Origin: a phage
Length of the DNA stretch: 64,000 bases
Sequence record: PZ445440.1
Reading direction: 5' to 3' (one strand)
Of this stretch, positions 42,512 to 53,900 are shown piece by piece. The position numbers and the translations under genes were made by a program. The number at the start of each line of letters is the position of its first letter. Position 1 is the first letter of the stretch. Below the pieces are notes generated by a model. The model made no database searches and was not told the DNA's origin. It was given only the letters and a program-made list of their open reading frames with translations.

Positions 42512-44767
42512 TTAAAGCTTACAAGCAGAACAATCTTCAGCTTTAGGTGTTTCTAATTCATAGTCATCTGTACCTGACCCATCACGGGTGTTATGATAGT
42601 AGAGGTTTTTTCCGCCAAAGTACCAAAAGTAAAGCAGATCGTCAAGCATTACTGACATTGGCACTTTACCTTTCTCAAATACTGCAGGGTCATAGTAAGT
42701 ATTAGCAGAAGCAGATTGGCACACCCATTTCAACATGATAGCAACTTGGGTCAAATAAGGTTTATTACCTTTCTTAGCAAGTTTCCACGCATAGTCGTAA
42801 AGACTCATGTTATGTTCGATATTAGGAACAACCTGTCGGAAGTTGCCTTCTTTAGATTCTTTAATACTTACTGGACCGCGTGGGGGCTCAATCCCGTTTG
42901 TAGAGTTTGATACTTGACTGCTTGACTCACAAGGCATGAGTGCAGACAACGTTGAGTTACGAATTCCATGTTCTTTGAGTTCAGCTCGAAGTTCTTCCCA
43001 GTCGCAGACGTAGTTCGGGGCTGCGATTTGGTCAATCTTTTTATTGTACCAGTCGATAGGTAATTCGCCTCTAGACCATTTAGTGTCTGAATAATACTCG
43101 CAAGGTCCTTTTTCTTTGGCGAGTTTGATTGAAGCTTTGATAAGGCCATATTGCAATCTCTCAAACAATTCATGAGTCAAATCGTTAGCGTCTTCATATG
43201 AAGCAAAGTTAGAAGCTAACCATGCAGCATAGTTCGTCACACCGACACCGAGATTTCGACGCTTTTTAGCTTTTAAAGCTTCTGGAACCGGATAATCTTG
43301 ATAGTCTAACAGGTTATCAAGTGCACGTACTTGTACTTCAGCAAGTTCATTAATTTTATCTTGGTCTTGCCAATCAAATTTATCTAATACAAAAGCAGAT
43401 AATGTGCATAAACCGATTTCAGCATCAGGACCATTCACATCATTAGTTGGAATAGCGATTTCACAACATAAGTTACTCTGACGAATTGGAGCTTTTTCAC
43501 GAATAAATGGAGTGTAGTTATTCGTGTTATCAACAAACTGTGGATAAATTCGAGCAGTACCAGAACGTTCAGTCATGAACAATTCAAAGAGTTCTAGTGC
43601 TTTGATTCTTTTCTTTCTGATTGTTGGGTCTTTTTCAGCTTTCTCATAAAGCTCACGGAATTTATCTTGATCTTCAAAAAACGAGTAGTATAATTCGCCT
43701 GACATTTCGTGAGGGCTAAATAAAGTAATATAATCATTTTTACCAAGGCGTTCCATCATAAGGTCATTAATTTGAATTCCGTAGTCCATATGTCGAATAC
43801 GGTTTTCATCCACGCCTTTGTTATTTTTCAGAACTAATAGGTTCTCTACTTCTAAGTGCCACATCGGATAATACGCTGTAGCAGCACCACCACGAATACC
43901 ACCTTGAGAACAAGATTTTACTGCAGTTTGGAAATGTTTCCAGAATGGAATAACACCTGTATGTCGAACTTCACCCATACCGATCTTAGAACCTTCTGCA
44001 CGAAGCATGCCAACGTTGATACCGATACCAGCTCGTTTAGAAATATATTCAATAATTGACGCCGAAGTTTTGTTAATAGATTTTAACGAATCACCTGCTT
44101 CAATAACTACACAACTAGAGAACTGGCGAGTTGGAGTACGAGCACCTGCCATAATTGGGGTTGGCAATGAAACTTGATGAGTAGAAACAGCATCATAAAA
44201 ACGAATAATATGTTTCAAACGGTCATGAGTTTCGTCTTGATGTAAGGCCATACCAATAGCCATGATAGCAAACTGGGGAGTTTCATAAATCTTACCAGTT
44301 GTTTTATCTTTAACCAGGTATTTTTCTTTAAGCTGCATAGCACCAGCATAAGTCAGGTCAAAATCTCGCTCATGTTTAATCCGAGAATCAAGATAAATGA
44401 TTTCTTCTGCAGAATATCTAGACAACAACTCAGGATCGTATTTGCCTTCATTAACACAGTAAGAAATATGGTCGATAAAAGCAGGCGGTTCAAACTGCCC
44501 ATATACATCTTTACGAAGTGCAAACATTAATCCTTTAGCAGCAACATATTGATAGTCAGGTTCTTCGACAGAAATCGAGTTAGCTGCAACTTTAATACAA
44601 ATCTTCTGAATATCTTTGGTGCTCATCCCATCGACAAGATGGGTCTTAATTTCTTCGTACAATTCATATGGGTCGATTTGTGTTCCTTCACATTGCCAAG
44701 TTAAGACTTGAATAATTTTCTGTGCATCAAAATTTTGGGATACACCACTGCTCTTAGTTACTTGCAT
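42512..44767 (-). CDS. nrdA: Ribonucleotide reductase large subunit NrdA
   Basis: 751 aa; class Ia RNR motifs. Confidence 0.95.
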   Translation of the reverse strand: MQVTKSSGVSQNFDAQKIIQVLTWQCEGTQIDPYELYEEIKTHLVDGMSTKDIQKICIKVAANSISVEEPDYQYVAAKGLMFALRKDVYGQFEPPAFIDHISYCVNEGKYDPELLSRYSAEEIIYLDSRIKHERDFDLTYAGAMQLKEKYLVKDKTTGKIYETPQFAIMAIGMALHQDETHDRLKHIIRFYDAVSTHQVSLPTPIMAGARTPTRQFSSCVVIEAGDSLKSINKTSASIIEYISKRAGIGINVGMLRAEGSKIGMGEVRHTGVIPFWKHFQTAVKSCSQGGIRGGAATAYYPMWHLEVENLLVLKNNKGVDENRIRHMDYGIQINDLMMERLGKNDYITLFSPHEMSGELYYSFFEDQDKFRELYEKAEKDPTIRKKRIKALELFELFMTERSGTARIYPQFVDNTNNYTPFIREKAPIRQSNLCCEIAIPTNDVNGPDAEIGLCTLSAFVLDKFDWQDQDKINELAEVQVRALDNLLDYQDYPVPEALKAKKRRNLGVGVTNYAAWLASNFASYEDANDLTHELFERLQYGLIKASIKLAKEKGPCEYYSDTKWSRGELPIDWYNKKIDQIAAPNYVCDWEELRAELKEHGIRNSTLSALMPCESSSQVSNSTNGIEPPRGPVSIKESKEGNFRQVVPNIEHNMSLYDYAWKLAKKGNKPYLTQVAIMLKWVCQSASANTYYDPAVFEKGKVPMSVMLDDLLYFWYFGGKNLYYHNTRDGSGTDDYELETPKAEDCSACKL

Positions 44768-44854
44768 ATATTCCTCAGTATAGGTTGATAGACATTACTC
44801 CAAACGGGATAGTATTTATCCCGTTAATTTATTATACACTTTTAAACTGAAGCG

Positions 44855-45109
44855 TTAATTATTCTTAGCAATAATTTCTTTGTATTCTTTAGGAGTCAAG
44901 ACTGTGATATCGAAATAAACCATTGGTTCTTTTTCCATACCGTAACCACCACAAAATTCACGATATTCATAAATTCGTTCATGTGAATAACAAACGAATC
45001 GTTCACCTTTAACTGTGATTTCACTATTTGGTGAAGGGATATCTAGTTCGGTAGGATTTTTCATTTCAAAAATTGTGGTGCCATATGAATTAATAAAACG
45101 TAAAATCAT
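44855..45109 (-). CDS. Hypothetical protein, 84 aa
   Basis: ORF between td and nrdA. Confidence 0.5.
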   Translation of the reverse strand: MILRFINSYGTTIFEMKNPTELDIPSPNSEITVKGERFVCYSHERIYEYREFCGGYGMEKEPMVYFDITVLTPKEYKEIIAKNN

Positions 45110-45110
45110 T

Positions 45111-45971
45111 TTATACCGCCATTTTAGCTTTGATAACTGGATGTGATTCGTAATTTTTAAGAACGAAATCAGAATGTGTCATTGTTCCGGTAACCCAGTC
45201 CATTTGGATTTTTGTAGGCCAATTCTCAAAATTACTAGGCCAATTAATTTCAAGAGAACATAACTCTTTAGGTTCACGACGAAGAACTTCTTTGCATTGT
45301 TCTACATGATTGCTGTAGATATGCGTGTTGCCGCCCGAGAACACTAAATCACCCGGGATAAGATTACACATCTTCGCTACAATATGCGTCAAGGCAGCGT
45401 ACGAGGCAATGTTGAATGGCAGGCCCAAGAAAACATCTACACTGCGTTGATACCATTGTAAATCAAGATGCCCATTACGCACATTAAATTGATAGAACAT
45501 ATGACAAGGAGGAAGAGCCATTTGGTCAATTTCGGCTGGGTTCCATGCAGAAACTATTTGACGACGATCATTAGGAAGAGCTTTAATACGGTCGATAGTT
45601 TTGACCAATTGGTCTACACCACCAAAATCACGCCATTGCTTACCATAAATAGGACCAAGTTCACCACTATGATATCCAAGGTCTTTTGCCTGATTTTCAT
45701 AGTTGTCGTCCCAAATAGTTTTACCTTGAATAAGACTACCATGAGTACGAATACGCAAATCATTAACATTGGTAGAACCAGACATGAACCACAGTAACTC
45801 GGCAATACAAGCTTTCCATGCTAATTTCTTAGTTGTTACCGCAGGGAATCCTTTAGTCAGATCCCAACGTAATTTAGTTCCGAACAGGGCAATAGTGCCG
45901 GTACCTGTACGGTCGTCTGTTTCATAACCATTTTCTAGGATATCATTAATCAGGTATTGGTATTGTTTCAT
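45111..45971 (-). CDS. td: Thymidylate synthase (intronless)
   Basis: 286 aa continuous ORF, same length as spliced T4 TS; catalytic Cys region LPPCH. Confidence 0.95.
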   Translation of the reverse strand: MKQYQYLINDILENGYETDDRTGTGTIALFGTKLRWDLTKGFPAVTTKKLAWKACIAELLWFMSGSTNVNDLRIRTHGSLIQGKTIWDDNYENQAKDLGYHSGELGPIYGKQWRDFGGVDQLVKTIDRIKALPNDRRQIVSAWNPAEIDQMALPPCHMFYQFNVRNGHLDLQWYQRSVDVFLGLPFNIASYAALTHIVAKMCNLIPGDLVFSGGNTHIYSNHVEQCKEVLRREPKELCSLEINWPSNFENWPTKIQMDWVTGTMTHSDFVLKNYESHPVIKAKMAV

Positions 45972-46555
45972 TTATATACGCTCTCAGTAATTTCGGTGAG
46001 TTCATCGATTCTGTAGTAATGAGATTCTACCATAGAACGTTGAAGCATAATATCCTGGACGAAATCTTTATCAAGTTGAACATCTGAATTAACACGACAT
46101 TTCTTAATGATTTTAGTCATCACAATTTCATCAGCATAAGGCAATGCTTGTTTAAGTAGAGCAGGACCGCCGATAACAGATACATCAACATGTTCAGTAG
46201 AAAGTTTAAACGGTACGTCGGTTGAAGGGCTAAACAAGTTAATTTCACCACCAGTCACCAAGGTAATAAATTCAGATTGGGTGATATAGAACCGTGCAAG
46301 TTCGTTGGTTTTAGTCCTAGGCAGTTTTCTGGCCATATCAGTGACAACCACATGAGTACGATCTGGGAGTAGACGAGGTAATGATGCAAATGTATTAGCA
46401 CCCATAACCATTACAGTGTTTTTAGTGCGAGCAACAAAGTTACTCATATCTTGTTTGATATGCTTCCATGGAAGTCCATCACCTAATCCAAAAGCATATT
46501 CCAGTTTATCATCAACTGTTTTAGATGGTGCGCATGCGAATACTAATTTAAGCAT
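45968..46555 (-). CDS. frd: Dihydrofolate reductase
   Basis: 195 aa from MLKLVFACAPSK; GLGDGLPW motif; track ORF carries a 28-aa upstream extension. Confidence 0.85.
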   Translation of the reverse strand: MLKLVFACAPSKTVDDKLEYAFGLGDGLPWKHIKQDMSNFVARTKNTVMVMGANTFASLPRLLPDRTHVVVTDMARKLPRTKTNELARFYITQSEFITLVTGGEINLFSPSTDVPFKLSTEHVDVSVIGGPALLKQALPYADEIVMTKIIKKCRVNSDVQLDKDFVQDIMLQRSMVESHYYRIDELTEITESVYK

Positions 46556-46796
46556 TTTTAAGTCCTTTAATAACTTTTTGGATTTGTGATTTAGAAGAAA
46601 CCAAATCAGTCTGGATTTGACAACCATCGGTTGGGTCAAATATTATAACACAAACGCGAGGTTTTGTTGTGTATCGCCCGGACAAATCAAATGCGTCACC
46701 AATGAATTCGGCCAAATCCGGATGGTCTAAATTAACTGAAGTATAAACTTCATATCCGACATCAGCGCCTTGAGAGTATTCAACAACAACATTCAT
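46548..46796 (-). CDS. Hypothetical protein, 82 aa
   Basis: ORF upstream of frd, 8-nt overlap. Confidence 0.45.
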   Translation of the reverse strand: MNVVVEYSQGADVGYEVYTSVNLDHPDLAEFIGDAFDLSGRYTTKPRVCVIIFDPTDGCQIQTDLVSSKSQIQKVIKGLKNA

Positions 46797-46798
46797 AA

Positions 46799-47062
46799 TT
46801 ATTTCCTCAGATTTTTCTTAACAACTTTCCAATCAGCTTTAAACGATTCAACATCAGAGTGGTGAATCCAGAATCCTGCACTTTCACCATCTTCGTAGAG
46901 TGGACATCCATCACATTCTTCGTTCCAACCCATTTCACGTAAAGCTTCTTCAGCTTGTTCAAGGAGTTCAGCGTCTTTACCAGCGATGTTGAAGTACCAT
47001 TTACCTCTAACTTCAGAATCTTTGATGCTCTGGCGTTGCAATCTCATTTTATTCTCCTTCAC
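46799..47062 (-). CDS. Hypothetical protein, 87 aa
   Basis: ORF. Confidence 0.45.
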   Translation of the reverse strand: MKENKMRLQRQSIKDSEVRGKWYFNIAGKDAELLEQAEEALREMGWNEECDGCPLYEDGESAGFWIHHSDVESFKADWKVVKKNLRK

Positions 47063-47108
47063 TTTTATTTGATAGGGCTACTATAACATAGCCCTATCTT
47101 GTTGTACA

Positions 47109-47501
47109 CTACTTTTTAAAAGTTTTTTGCAAAAGTTTGATGATTTCGTCGACGTTGGTTTCATCTACGATACAATGGATTTTTGTTACACCTAAAGTTA
47201 TACCTTCGTTAGTAGGTTGAGGCTTTACTAAATCTACCTCAGTAAAGTATTTGAACTCGTCAGGATAAATCTCAAAATAAGTTTCAATTTCACCACCGGC
47301 AGAACATACAGTACCATCTTCCATAGTTACACTTACTACGTTTGACGTATCGCTATCATAATCAGGTTCCATTCCGTTTACAACAAAACTGGGCCCGTGG
47401 AGTTCAATCAATTTTAACATCTTAGCGTTATTGTGTGGTGCTTCTTGAACAAAGTCGTCTTTAAATAAAGGGTTAATGATATAAGATTTTCCAATTTCCA
47501 T
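47109..47501 (-). CDS. Hypothetical protein, 130 aa
   Basis: ORF following early promoter 47530-47558. Confidence 0.5.
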   Translation of the reverse strand: MEIGKSYIINPLFKDDFVQEAPHNNAKMLKLIELHGPSFVVNGMEPDYDSDTSNVVSVTMEDGTVCSAGGEIETYFEIYPDEFKYFTEVDLVKPQPTNEGITLGVTKIHCIVDETNVDEIIKLLQKTFKK

Positions 47502-47529
47502 TTTGATTTCCTCATGTTGTTGATAGGTT

Positions 47530-47558
47530 CTATACTAACACATCTAGGGAAGAAGTAA
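47530..47558 (-). promoter_or_regulatory. T4-type early promoter
   Basis: reverse complement GTTTACTTCTTCCCTAGATGTGTTAGTAT. Confidence 0.55.
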
Positions 47559-47583
47559 ACAACTTTTTCGACAATTTACAGAT

Positions 47584-47601
47584 ACTCAAAAGGGAGACCG
47601 A
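47584..47601 (-). terminator. Hairpin GGGAGACUUCGGUCUCCC downstream of gene 32 (third copy of the 18-mer)
   Basis: identical to 9856-9873 and 32581-32598. Confidence 0.65.
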
Positions 47602-47615
47602 AGTCTCCCAATTTA

Positions 47616-48518
47616 TTATAGACCAGCTAACAGGTCATCGAGGTCGCCATCATCAGAGGATGAGGTAGAGCTCATGAAGTCATCTTCAGTTTTTGCAGAA
47701 CTAAAGGCTTCCATGTCTTTATCAAAATCGTCAAGGTCAGAAGCAACTTTATCTGCAACAGAAGCTGCTGCGGCTGCTGCACCACCAAGAGCGGCAGTAC
47801 CAAGAACCTTAGCGAAAGATTCATTTAATTTTTCAAAGGATTTGAACTGGTCTTTAGCCGTCAAAGTAGTAAGGTCTACCATCTGGTCATATAGTTCTTT
47901 CTGGAATGCTTCGTCATTAATACGAGGAATTTCAGATTGACCCAAGAATTTAGATTCGTCATAGTTGCTAAAACCGGAAACCTGCTTAGCTTTCAGAACG
48001 AAGTTAGCACCTTCAAATGGGCAAGTAACATCAACTGGAGTTTCACCCATTTCGGTATCAACTGCAATCATTGCATTGATTTTGTCCCAAATCTTTTTAC
48101 CGAAACGATATTTAAATACTTTACCTTCGTTATCTGGAGCTTGAGGGTCTTTAACAACCAGAATATTGGCCCAATAAGAGGTTTTACGTTTCAGTTGAGA
48201 ATATTCAGCTTTGTTGGTATTGTACAGGTCATTTTTACTAATGTACTGACATACAGGACAAGAGTCGTAATCACCATGTGTAGAAGAGCAATTTTCAATA
48301 TACCATTTACCATTTTTCTTGAAACCGTGGTTAACAAGAATTGCAAATGGTAGTGCATCATCAGTTTTTGCTGGCAAGAAACGAATTACCGCTTGACCAT
48401 TACCGGATGCATCTAGCTTCAGCTTCCATTCGCCTTTATCTTCTGAAGAGAAACCTTTGTTACCATTCAGTTTAGCCATTTGAGCAGCGAGGTCAGCAGT
48501 AGATTTACGTTTAAACAT
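47616..48518 (-). CDS. 32: Single-stranded DNA-binding protein gp32
   Basis: 300 aa; essentially matches recalled T4 gp32, including acidic C-terminus. Confidence 0.95.
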   Translation of the reverse strand: MFKRKSTADLAAQMAKLNGNKGFSSEDKGEWKLKLDASGNGQAVIRFLPAKTDDALPFAILVNHGFKKNGKWYIENCSSTHGDYDSCPVCQYISKNDLYNTNKAEYSQLKRKTSYWANILVVKDPQAPDNEGKVFKYRFGKKIWDKINAMIAVDTEMGETPVDVTCPFEGANFVLKAKQVSGFSNYDESKFLGQSEIPRINDEAFQKELYDQMVDLTTLTAKDQFKSFEKLNESFAKVLGTAALGGAAAAAASVADKVASDLDDFDKDMEAFSSAKTEDDFMSSTSSSDDGDLDDLLAGL

Positions 48519-48640
48519 GGATTATTACCTTTTATTTAGATTATTTAATTTATTTACTTACAGTTGGTTGCTACGACACTTATACCTCGTAGCTGGTATG
48601 ATTTATTTATAAAGTAATTTTAACACACAAGAAATAAAGC
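48519..48640 (-). promoter_or_regulatory. Gene 32 mRNA leader / translational operator region
   Basis: AU-rich tract before the ATG, hairpin GCUACGA...UCGUAGC (about 48570-48595), late promoter TATAAATA at 48604-48611. Confidence 0.55.
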
Positions 48641-49294
48641 TTAATACTTACATGATTTGATTGTTTCTATGAACAATTTCTTAGCAGCATTTCCATCGAT
48701 TTGAAGTATTTTTCGATATGCCTTTAATTTGGTAGAATAATTTTGCCAGACTAAATTGTCAGTAAGTTCATCATGCTTATCTATAATATTCAAGAATGAA
48801 TCCAACAACAAGAAGGTTTCAAACGAAATTATATTGCTTTGTAGCAATTTAAATATGTAGCTCGACTGAACTTTATTATTATAATCAAATATCTCTTGAA
48901 GCGCACTAACTTCCACTTTCTTACTGAAATAGTAGATGTTACGCACATCTTCAGCAAACGTCTCCTTGGCTTGTTTGAGACGTCCAATATATTCCCTATA
49001 GAAAACTAATGCATCAGCGTCTGATATCTCACCAATCCATGCATCTTGGTTAGCAACTAAGTTACTGATGAATATCAAAGTGAGTTCCTTTAACTTATAT
49101 TTCTCTGCTAGTTTCTCAAAGAAATATTTATCTCGGCGTTTTTGATACGCATTATCCGAAACACGCATGCACCAGTTATATTTGATTACGTCATACCGAC
49201 CATTAAAATGTTGTTTGCACATCAAGTATAGTTTGTATACCGATTTTCCATTAATATAACGTTCTCCGTCAGGAGGCATGCGTATTTTAATCAT
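48641..49294 (-). CDS. 59: Helicase loader gp59
   Basis: 217 aa, same length as T4 gp59; strong similarity. Confidence 0.9.
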   Translation of the reverse strand: MIKIRMPPDGERYINGKSVYKLYLMCKQHFNGRYDVIKYNWCMRVSDNAYQKRRDKYFFEKLAEKYKLKELTLIFISNLVANQDAWIGEISDADALVFYREYIGRLKQAKETFAEDVRNIYYFSKKVEVSALQEIFDYNNKVQSSYIFKLLQSNIISFETFLLLDSFLNIIDKHDELTDNLVWQNYSTKLKAYRKILQIDGNAAKKLFIETIKSCKY

Positions 49295-49629
49295 AATAAG
49301 AAATCTAACGTATTAGTTTTTTCACCACGAGCAACTGATGGGCGAAGCATGTTTTCGTCAATTGCTTCGCTTGTAATTTTTTCAACAATTCCTGTAGGAA
49401 TAAATTTAGCAAATTGTGTTTCTGGAATAGAATTTTCTTCCAAGAAAGCAGTTGTTGCTTCTAAATAAGACATACCAAATTGTTCAACCATGGATTCGAT
49501 AATGAATCCGTTTTCTTGTCGGTCAAGCAATTTAGCGATATCATCTTTATCATGTTTTACTGCTAATTCTTGTTCAGATAAACCGGCCTCATCAACCGGT
49601 TTAATATCACTTAGTGAAAACTGTGTCAT
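49291..49629 (-). CDS. 33: Late transcription co-activator gp33
   Basis: 112 aa, near-identical to recalled T4 gp33. Confidence 0.9.
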   Translation of the reverse strand: MTQFSLSDIKPVDEAGLSEQELAVKHDKDDIAKLLDRQENGFIIESMVEQFGMSYLEATTAFLEENSIPETQFAKFIPTGIVEKITSEAIDENMLRPSVARGEKTNTLDFLL

Positions 49630-49876
49630 AAAGCTCGACTACCTCTTCGTTTTCAGCTTCAAATTGGTCACGAGCGTCTTTATGATAAAGAGCCAACAAA
49701 CGATTAAACATTTTTCCATCTACGCCAAGCTCTTCTTTAGCGCGAGTACGAATGTCTTTAATCAGTTCATTATAACCAGAAATTTTAAGTTTGTTATCGG
49801 AAGCTTCCTTGACTAGTTTAGCCAGTTCTTCACCATGCACATCTTGATTAAATTCAACCGCTTCTTTCTTAGCCAT
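49607..49876 (-). CDS. dsbA: DsbA double-stranded DNA-binding protein
   Basis: 89 aa from MAKKEAVEF with GAGG RBS; track ORF extends 6 codons upstream. Confidence 0.75.
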   Translation of the reverse strand: MAKKEAVEFNQDVHGEELAKLVKEASDNKLKISGYNELIKDIRTRAKEELGVDGKMFNRLLALYHKDARDQFEAENEEVVELYDTVFTK

Positions 49877-49883
49877 GTTTACC

Positions 49884-50801
49884 TCAGAATTCATTAATTA
49901 CACTTGTTAATTTAGAAAGACCCGATTTTACAAAGTATGAATAAATCTTGCCTTTAGGTTGTGGTTTATACGAGTTATAATACTCTATAATGGTTGAAGC
50001 AATATTATCAGGGATATAATCAAAATCAATGAGAACCAAATTTTCTTGATACCGTTTATATTCTTCTGCACTTAATAATACTTCAGCTTGAGAACGGTCA
50101 TTGGCAATTGCTTCAATAATCGTTGTTTTCATGCTCGGAGTTCGTTCACCATCAACTCTGGTAAACCAGAAGTCGCCACGAACTCGAACAGATGCAACAC
50201 CATCTTTACGGTCGCCTTTAAGAATTTTAGTCATGCAATCAATTTCGGCAGAACCATTCTTAATTTTAACCCATTTTTTCTGTGGTGGCGACCACTGTTT
50301 AACGTTAGGGTATTTGTGTAATTGTGTAAAGTCGCCATCTGATGCAACAATACACACCTTATGACCAGCTAATGACAAATATTTAGTTAATACACCGATA
50401 TGGTCATCCGCTTCATATTTGTCAATATCCATTACAACGTATGGCATGTATTTCTTAATCTCATCAACAACTTGATGGAGTGCAGTAAAATATCCTTCCC
50501 AATCCCACTTTGAAGCTTCACGATCGGTTTTACGATTTTTCTTGTAATAGTAAGCAAAGTCACGTCGCCAATAACCTGAAGTAGCATTATCCATACACAA
50601 TACAAATTTTGTATAGCCTTGCCTACGGAACATCACTACGTTTTTACGAATTGAATTCAAGATTACATGGCGAACCATCGGAACAGTAATTTTATCGCCG
50701 TCTTCAAAGTTGTTTAATGCGGCTGCCAATGCAATGTTACTAAAGTCGGCAAGCGCAATACCTTCTTTGTAATCTTCATCCAACATCATTTCTAAATCCA
50801 T
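49884..50801 (-). CDS. rnh: RNase H (5'-3' exonuclease / flap endonuclease)
   Basis: 305 aa, same as T4 Rnh; strong similarity. Confidence 0.95.
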   Translation of the reverse strand: MDLEMMLDEDYKEGIALADFSNIALAAALNNFEDGDKITVPMVRHVILNSIRKNVVMFRRQGYTKFVLCMDNATSGYWRRDFAYYYKKNRKTDREASKWDWEGYFTALHQVVDEIKKYMPYVVMDIDKYEADDHIGVLTKYLSLAGHKVCIVASDGDFTQLHKYPNVKQWSPPQKKWVKIKNGSAEIDCMTKILKGDRKDGVASVRVRGDFWFTRVDGERTPSMKTTIIEAIANDRSQAEVLLSAEEYKRYQENLVLIDFDYIPDNIASTIIEYYNSYKPQPKGKIYSYFVKSGLSKLTSVINEF

Positions 50802-50834
50802 ATGAACCTCTTGTTCAGTTAGTCAACTTGGACT

Positions 50835-50864
50835 ATAGTAACATACTAGTTCGAAAGCGTAAAT
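50835..50864 (-). promoter_or_regulatory. Early promoter for rnh
   Basis: reverse complement ATTTACGCTTTCGAACTAGTATGTTACTAT. Confidence 0.5.
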
Positions 50865-50879
50865 AGTCTTTTACTCATT

Positions 50880-50887
50880 TATAAATA
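50880..50887 (+). promoter_or_regulatory. Late promoter TATAAATA for gene 34
   Basis: exact consensus about 35 nt upstream of start. Confidence 0.7.
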
Positions 50888-50921
50888 GTAAAATAGAACA
50901 CATAATGATAAGAGGACTACC

Positions 50922-53900
50922 ATGGTTGACATCAAACGTAAGTTCAGGGCCGAAGACGGTCTTGACGCAGGCGGTGATAAGATAGTTAACGTTGCGCTTG
51001 CTGACCGCACAGTTGGCACCGATGGCGTGAACGTTGACTTTTTGGTGCAAGAAAACACCGTACAGAATTATGACGATACGCGCGCGTATACAAAAGATTT
51101 TATTGTTCTTTATGATAATCGTTTTTATCAAGCTTTAAGTGATATTCCAGCTCCGGCAGGCCCTTTCTCTTTGGCTAAATGGAAGGCAACTCGTACAGAT
51201 GCAGAATGGATTACAGTTCAAGGCGGAGATTTCCAATTATCAGTAGGTAACTCTATTGCGGTTGATACTTCAGCTGGCACTGATATTAATTTCACTTTGC
51301 CTCAAAATCCTTTAGATGGCGATACAGTTATTTTGTCTGATATTGGTGGTAGAGTAGGCTATGTAAAAGTTCAAATTACTGCAGAGGCTCAAAGTATTGT
51401 AAACTTTAGAGGACAACAGGTTCGTTCAGTTTTAATGACGCACCCAAAATCTAAAATGGTCTTCATTTTTAGCAACCGCCTATGGCAAATGTATGTTTCT
51501 GATTACGAACGTAATGCAGTCACAGTAACTCCTGCTACGCCGTATCAGGCGCAACCTAATGATTTTATCATTCGACGTTTTACATCAGCCGCTCCTATTA
51601 ATATTACATTGCCTCGTAATGCTAATAACGGCGATATTATTAATTTAGTGGATTTAGACAAATTAAACCCATTATATCACACAATTGTCAAAACTTACGA
51701 TGAAACAACTTCTATACGAGAAGCTGGTGTTCATGTAGCAGAAGGACGTAATACTGCGGAAGCATTCTTTGTTTATGATTCTGCCAATAGTTTATGGCGT
51801 GTTTGGGAAGGTGACCAGAAATCTCGTTTACGTATAGTTCGTAATGATACTGATTTACGCCCTAATGAAGAAGTTCTTGTTTTTGGAACTAATAATGATA
51901 CAATCTCGACGGTAAATCTTACTTTGCCTACAGATATTTTGTCTGGCGATACTGTTAAAATATCGTTGAATTATATGCGTAAAGGGCAAACTGTAAAAAT
52001 TAAAGCTGCTGAAGGCGATACAATTGCTAGCAGTATTTCTTTATTACAGTTCCCAAAACGTTCGGAGTATCCACCTGATGCACAATGGGTTTCTGTTAGT
52101 GAGCTGGAATTTAATGGTGATACTTCGTATGTACCTGTACTTGAGTTAGCTTATATAGAAGATTATTCATCTGAAACAAAATATTGGGTAGTTCAACAAA
52201 ACACCGTAACCGTTGAACGAGTCGATGCATCGAGCAATACAACTCGAGCTCGTTTAGGTGTTATTGCTCTTGCTTCTCAAGCGCAAGCAAATGTTGATTT
52301 AGAAAATGCTCCTGGTAAAGAACTGGCTATTACTCCGGAAACATTAGCAAATCGTACAGCAACTGAAACTCGTCGTGGTATTGCTCGTATTGCAACAACT
52401 GCACAAGTTAACCAGAATACCGATTTTGCATTCCAAGACGACTTGATTATTTCTCCTAAGAAATTGAACGAACGTACAGCAACTGAAACCCGTAGAGGTG
52501 TTGCTGAAGTTGCAACTCAGGCTGAAACTAATGCTGGAACAGATGATACCACTATTATTACTCCTAAGAAATTGGATGCCCGTCAAGGTTCTGAAGTTTT
52601 ATCTGGTATTGTAAAATACACATCTACGACTGGTACTACAGCTGCTACTATTCGTGGTAATGCTGGGACTAATGTTTATAACAAAGCCGTAGATAATTTA
52701 ACTATTTCTCCAAAGGCTCTTGACCAGTATAAAGCTACCCCTACTCAGCAGGGTGCAGTAATTCTTGCTATTGAAAGTGAAGTTATCGCTGGCGAATCAC
52801 AAGCAGGTTGGGCTAATGCTGTAGTGACCCCTGAAACTCTGCATAAGAAAACTTCTACTGATGGACGTATTGGTTTAATTGAAATTGCTACGCAAGTAGA
52901 AACTAACACTGGAACTGATTATACTAGAGCAGTAACGCCTAAGACGTTAAATGATAGGAAAGCTACGGAAGGATTATCTGGCATAGCTGAAATTGCTACG
53001 CAAGTTGAATTTGATACTGGAACTGATGATACTCGTATCTCGTCTCCACTGAAAATTAAAACTCATTTTGATTCTTCTGACCGTACCAGTGTTAATTCTG
53101 ATTCCGGACTTATTGAAGAAGGAACCTTGTGGAACCATTATACTCTTGATATTTCTAAAGCAAATGAAACACAACGTGGTACACTTCGAGTAGCGACCCA
53201 GGCAGAATCTAATGCAGGAACTTTAGATGATGTTCTTATTACTCCTAAAAAGCTTTTAGGGACTAAGTCCACTGAAACATCTGAAGGCGTAATTAAGGTT
53301 GCTACTCAGGCTGAAACTGTAACAGGAACTTCTGCTAATACTGCTGTATCACCTAAGAATTTAAAATGGATTGTTCAATCAGAACCGTCATGGACTGCTA
53401 CTACGGCAATTCGTGGATTCGTTAAAACTTCATCTGGTTCTATTACATTTGTTGGTAATGATACAGTTGGTTCAACACAATCTTTAGAATCATATGAGAA
53501 AAATAGCTATGCGGTGTCACCATATGAATTAAACCGTGTACTTGCTAACTACTTACCGTTGAAAGCTAAAGCAGCTGATAGTAATTTGTTAGATGGTCTA
53601 GATTCTCTTCAGTTCATCCGTAGAGACATCGACCAGACGGTTAATGGTTCTTTAAGTCTTACTAAACAGACCAACCTGAGTGCTCCTTTAGTATCTACAA
53701 GCACTGCTTCTTTTGGTTCCGAAGCATCTGTTACTCGTAGATTAACTCTTAATGACTCTAGCGGTTCCGAAATAGTTTTCACTAAAGGAACCCAATCTCT
53801 TAGTAATAAAGAGAATTTCGTTGTTAGAGCATGGGGTAATAGCGCTACAGATGGTGCCCGTGATACAGTATTTGAAGCGGGTGACGAAACCGGATACCAT

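Noticed and set aside
45968-46639. 223-aa extended form of frd
   Set aside because: The N-terminal 28 residues overlap the upstream ORF; the internal start MLKLVFA gives a DHFR-sized protein.
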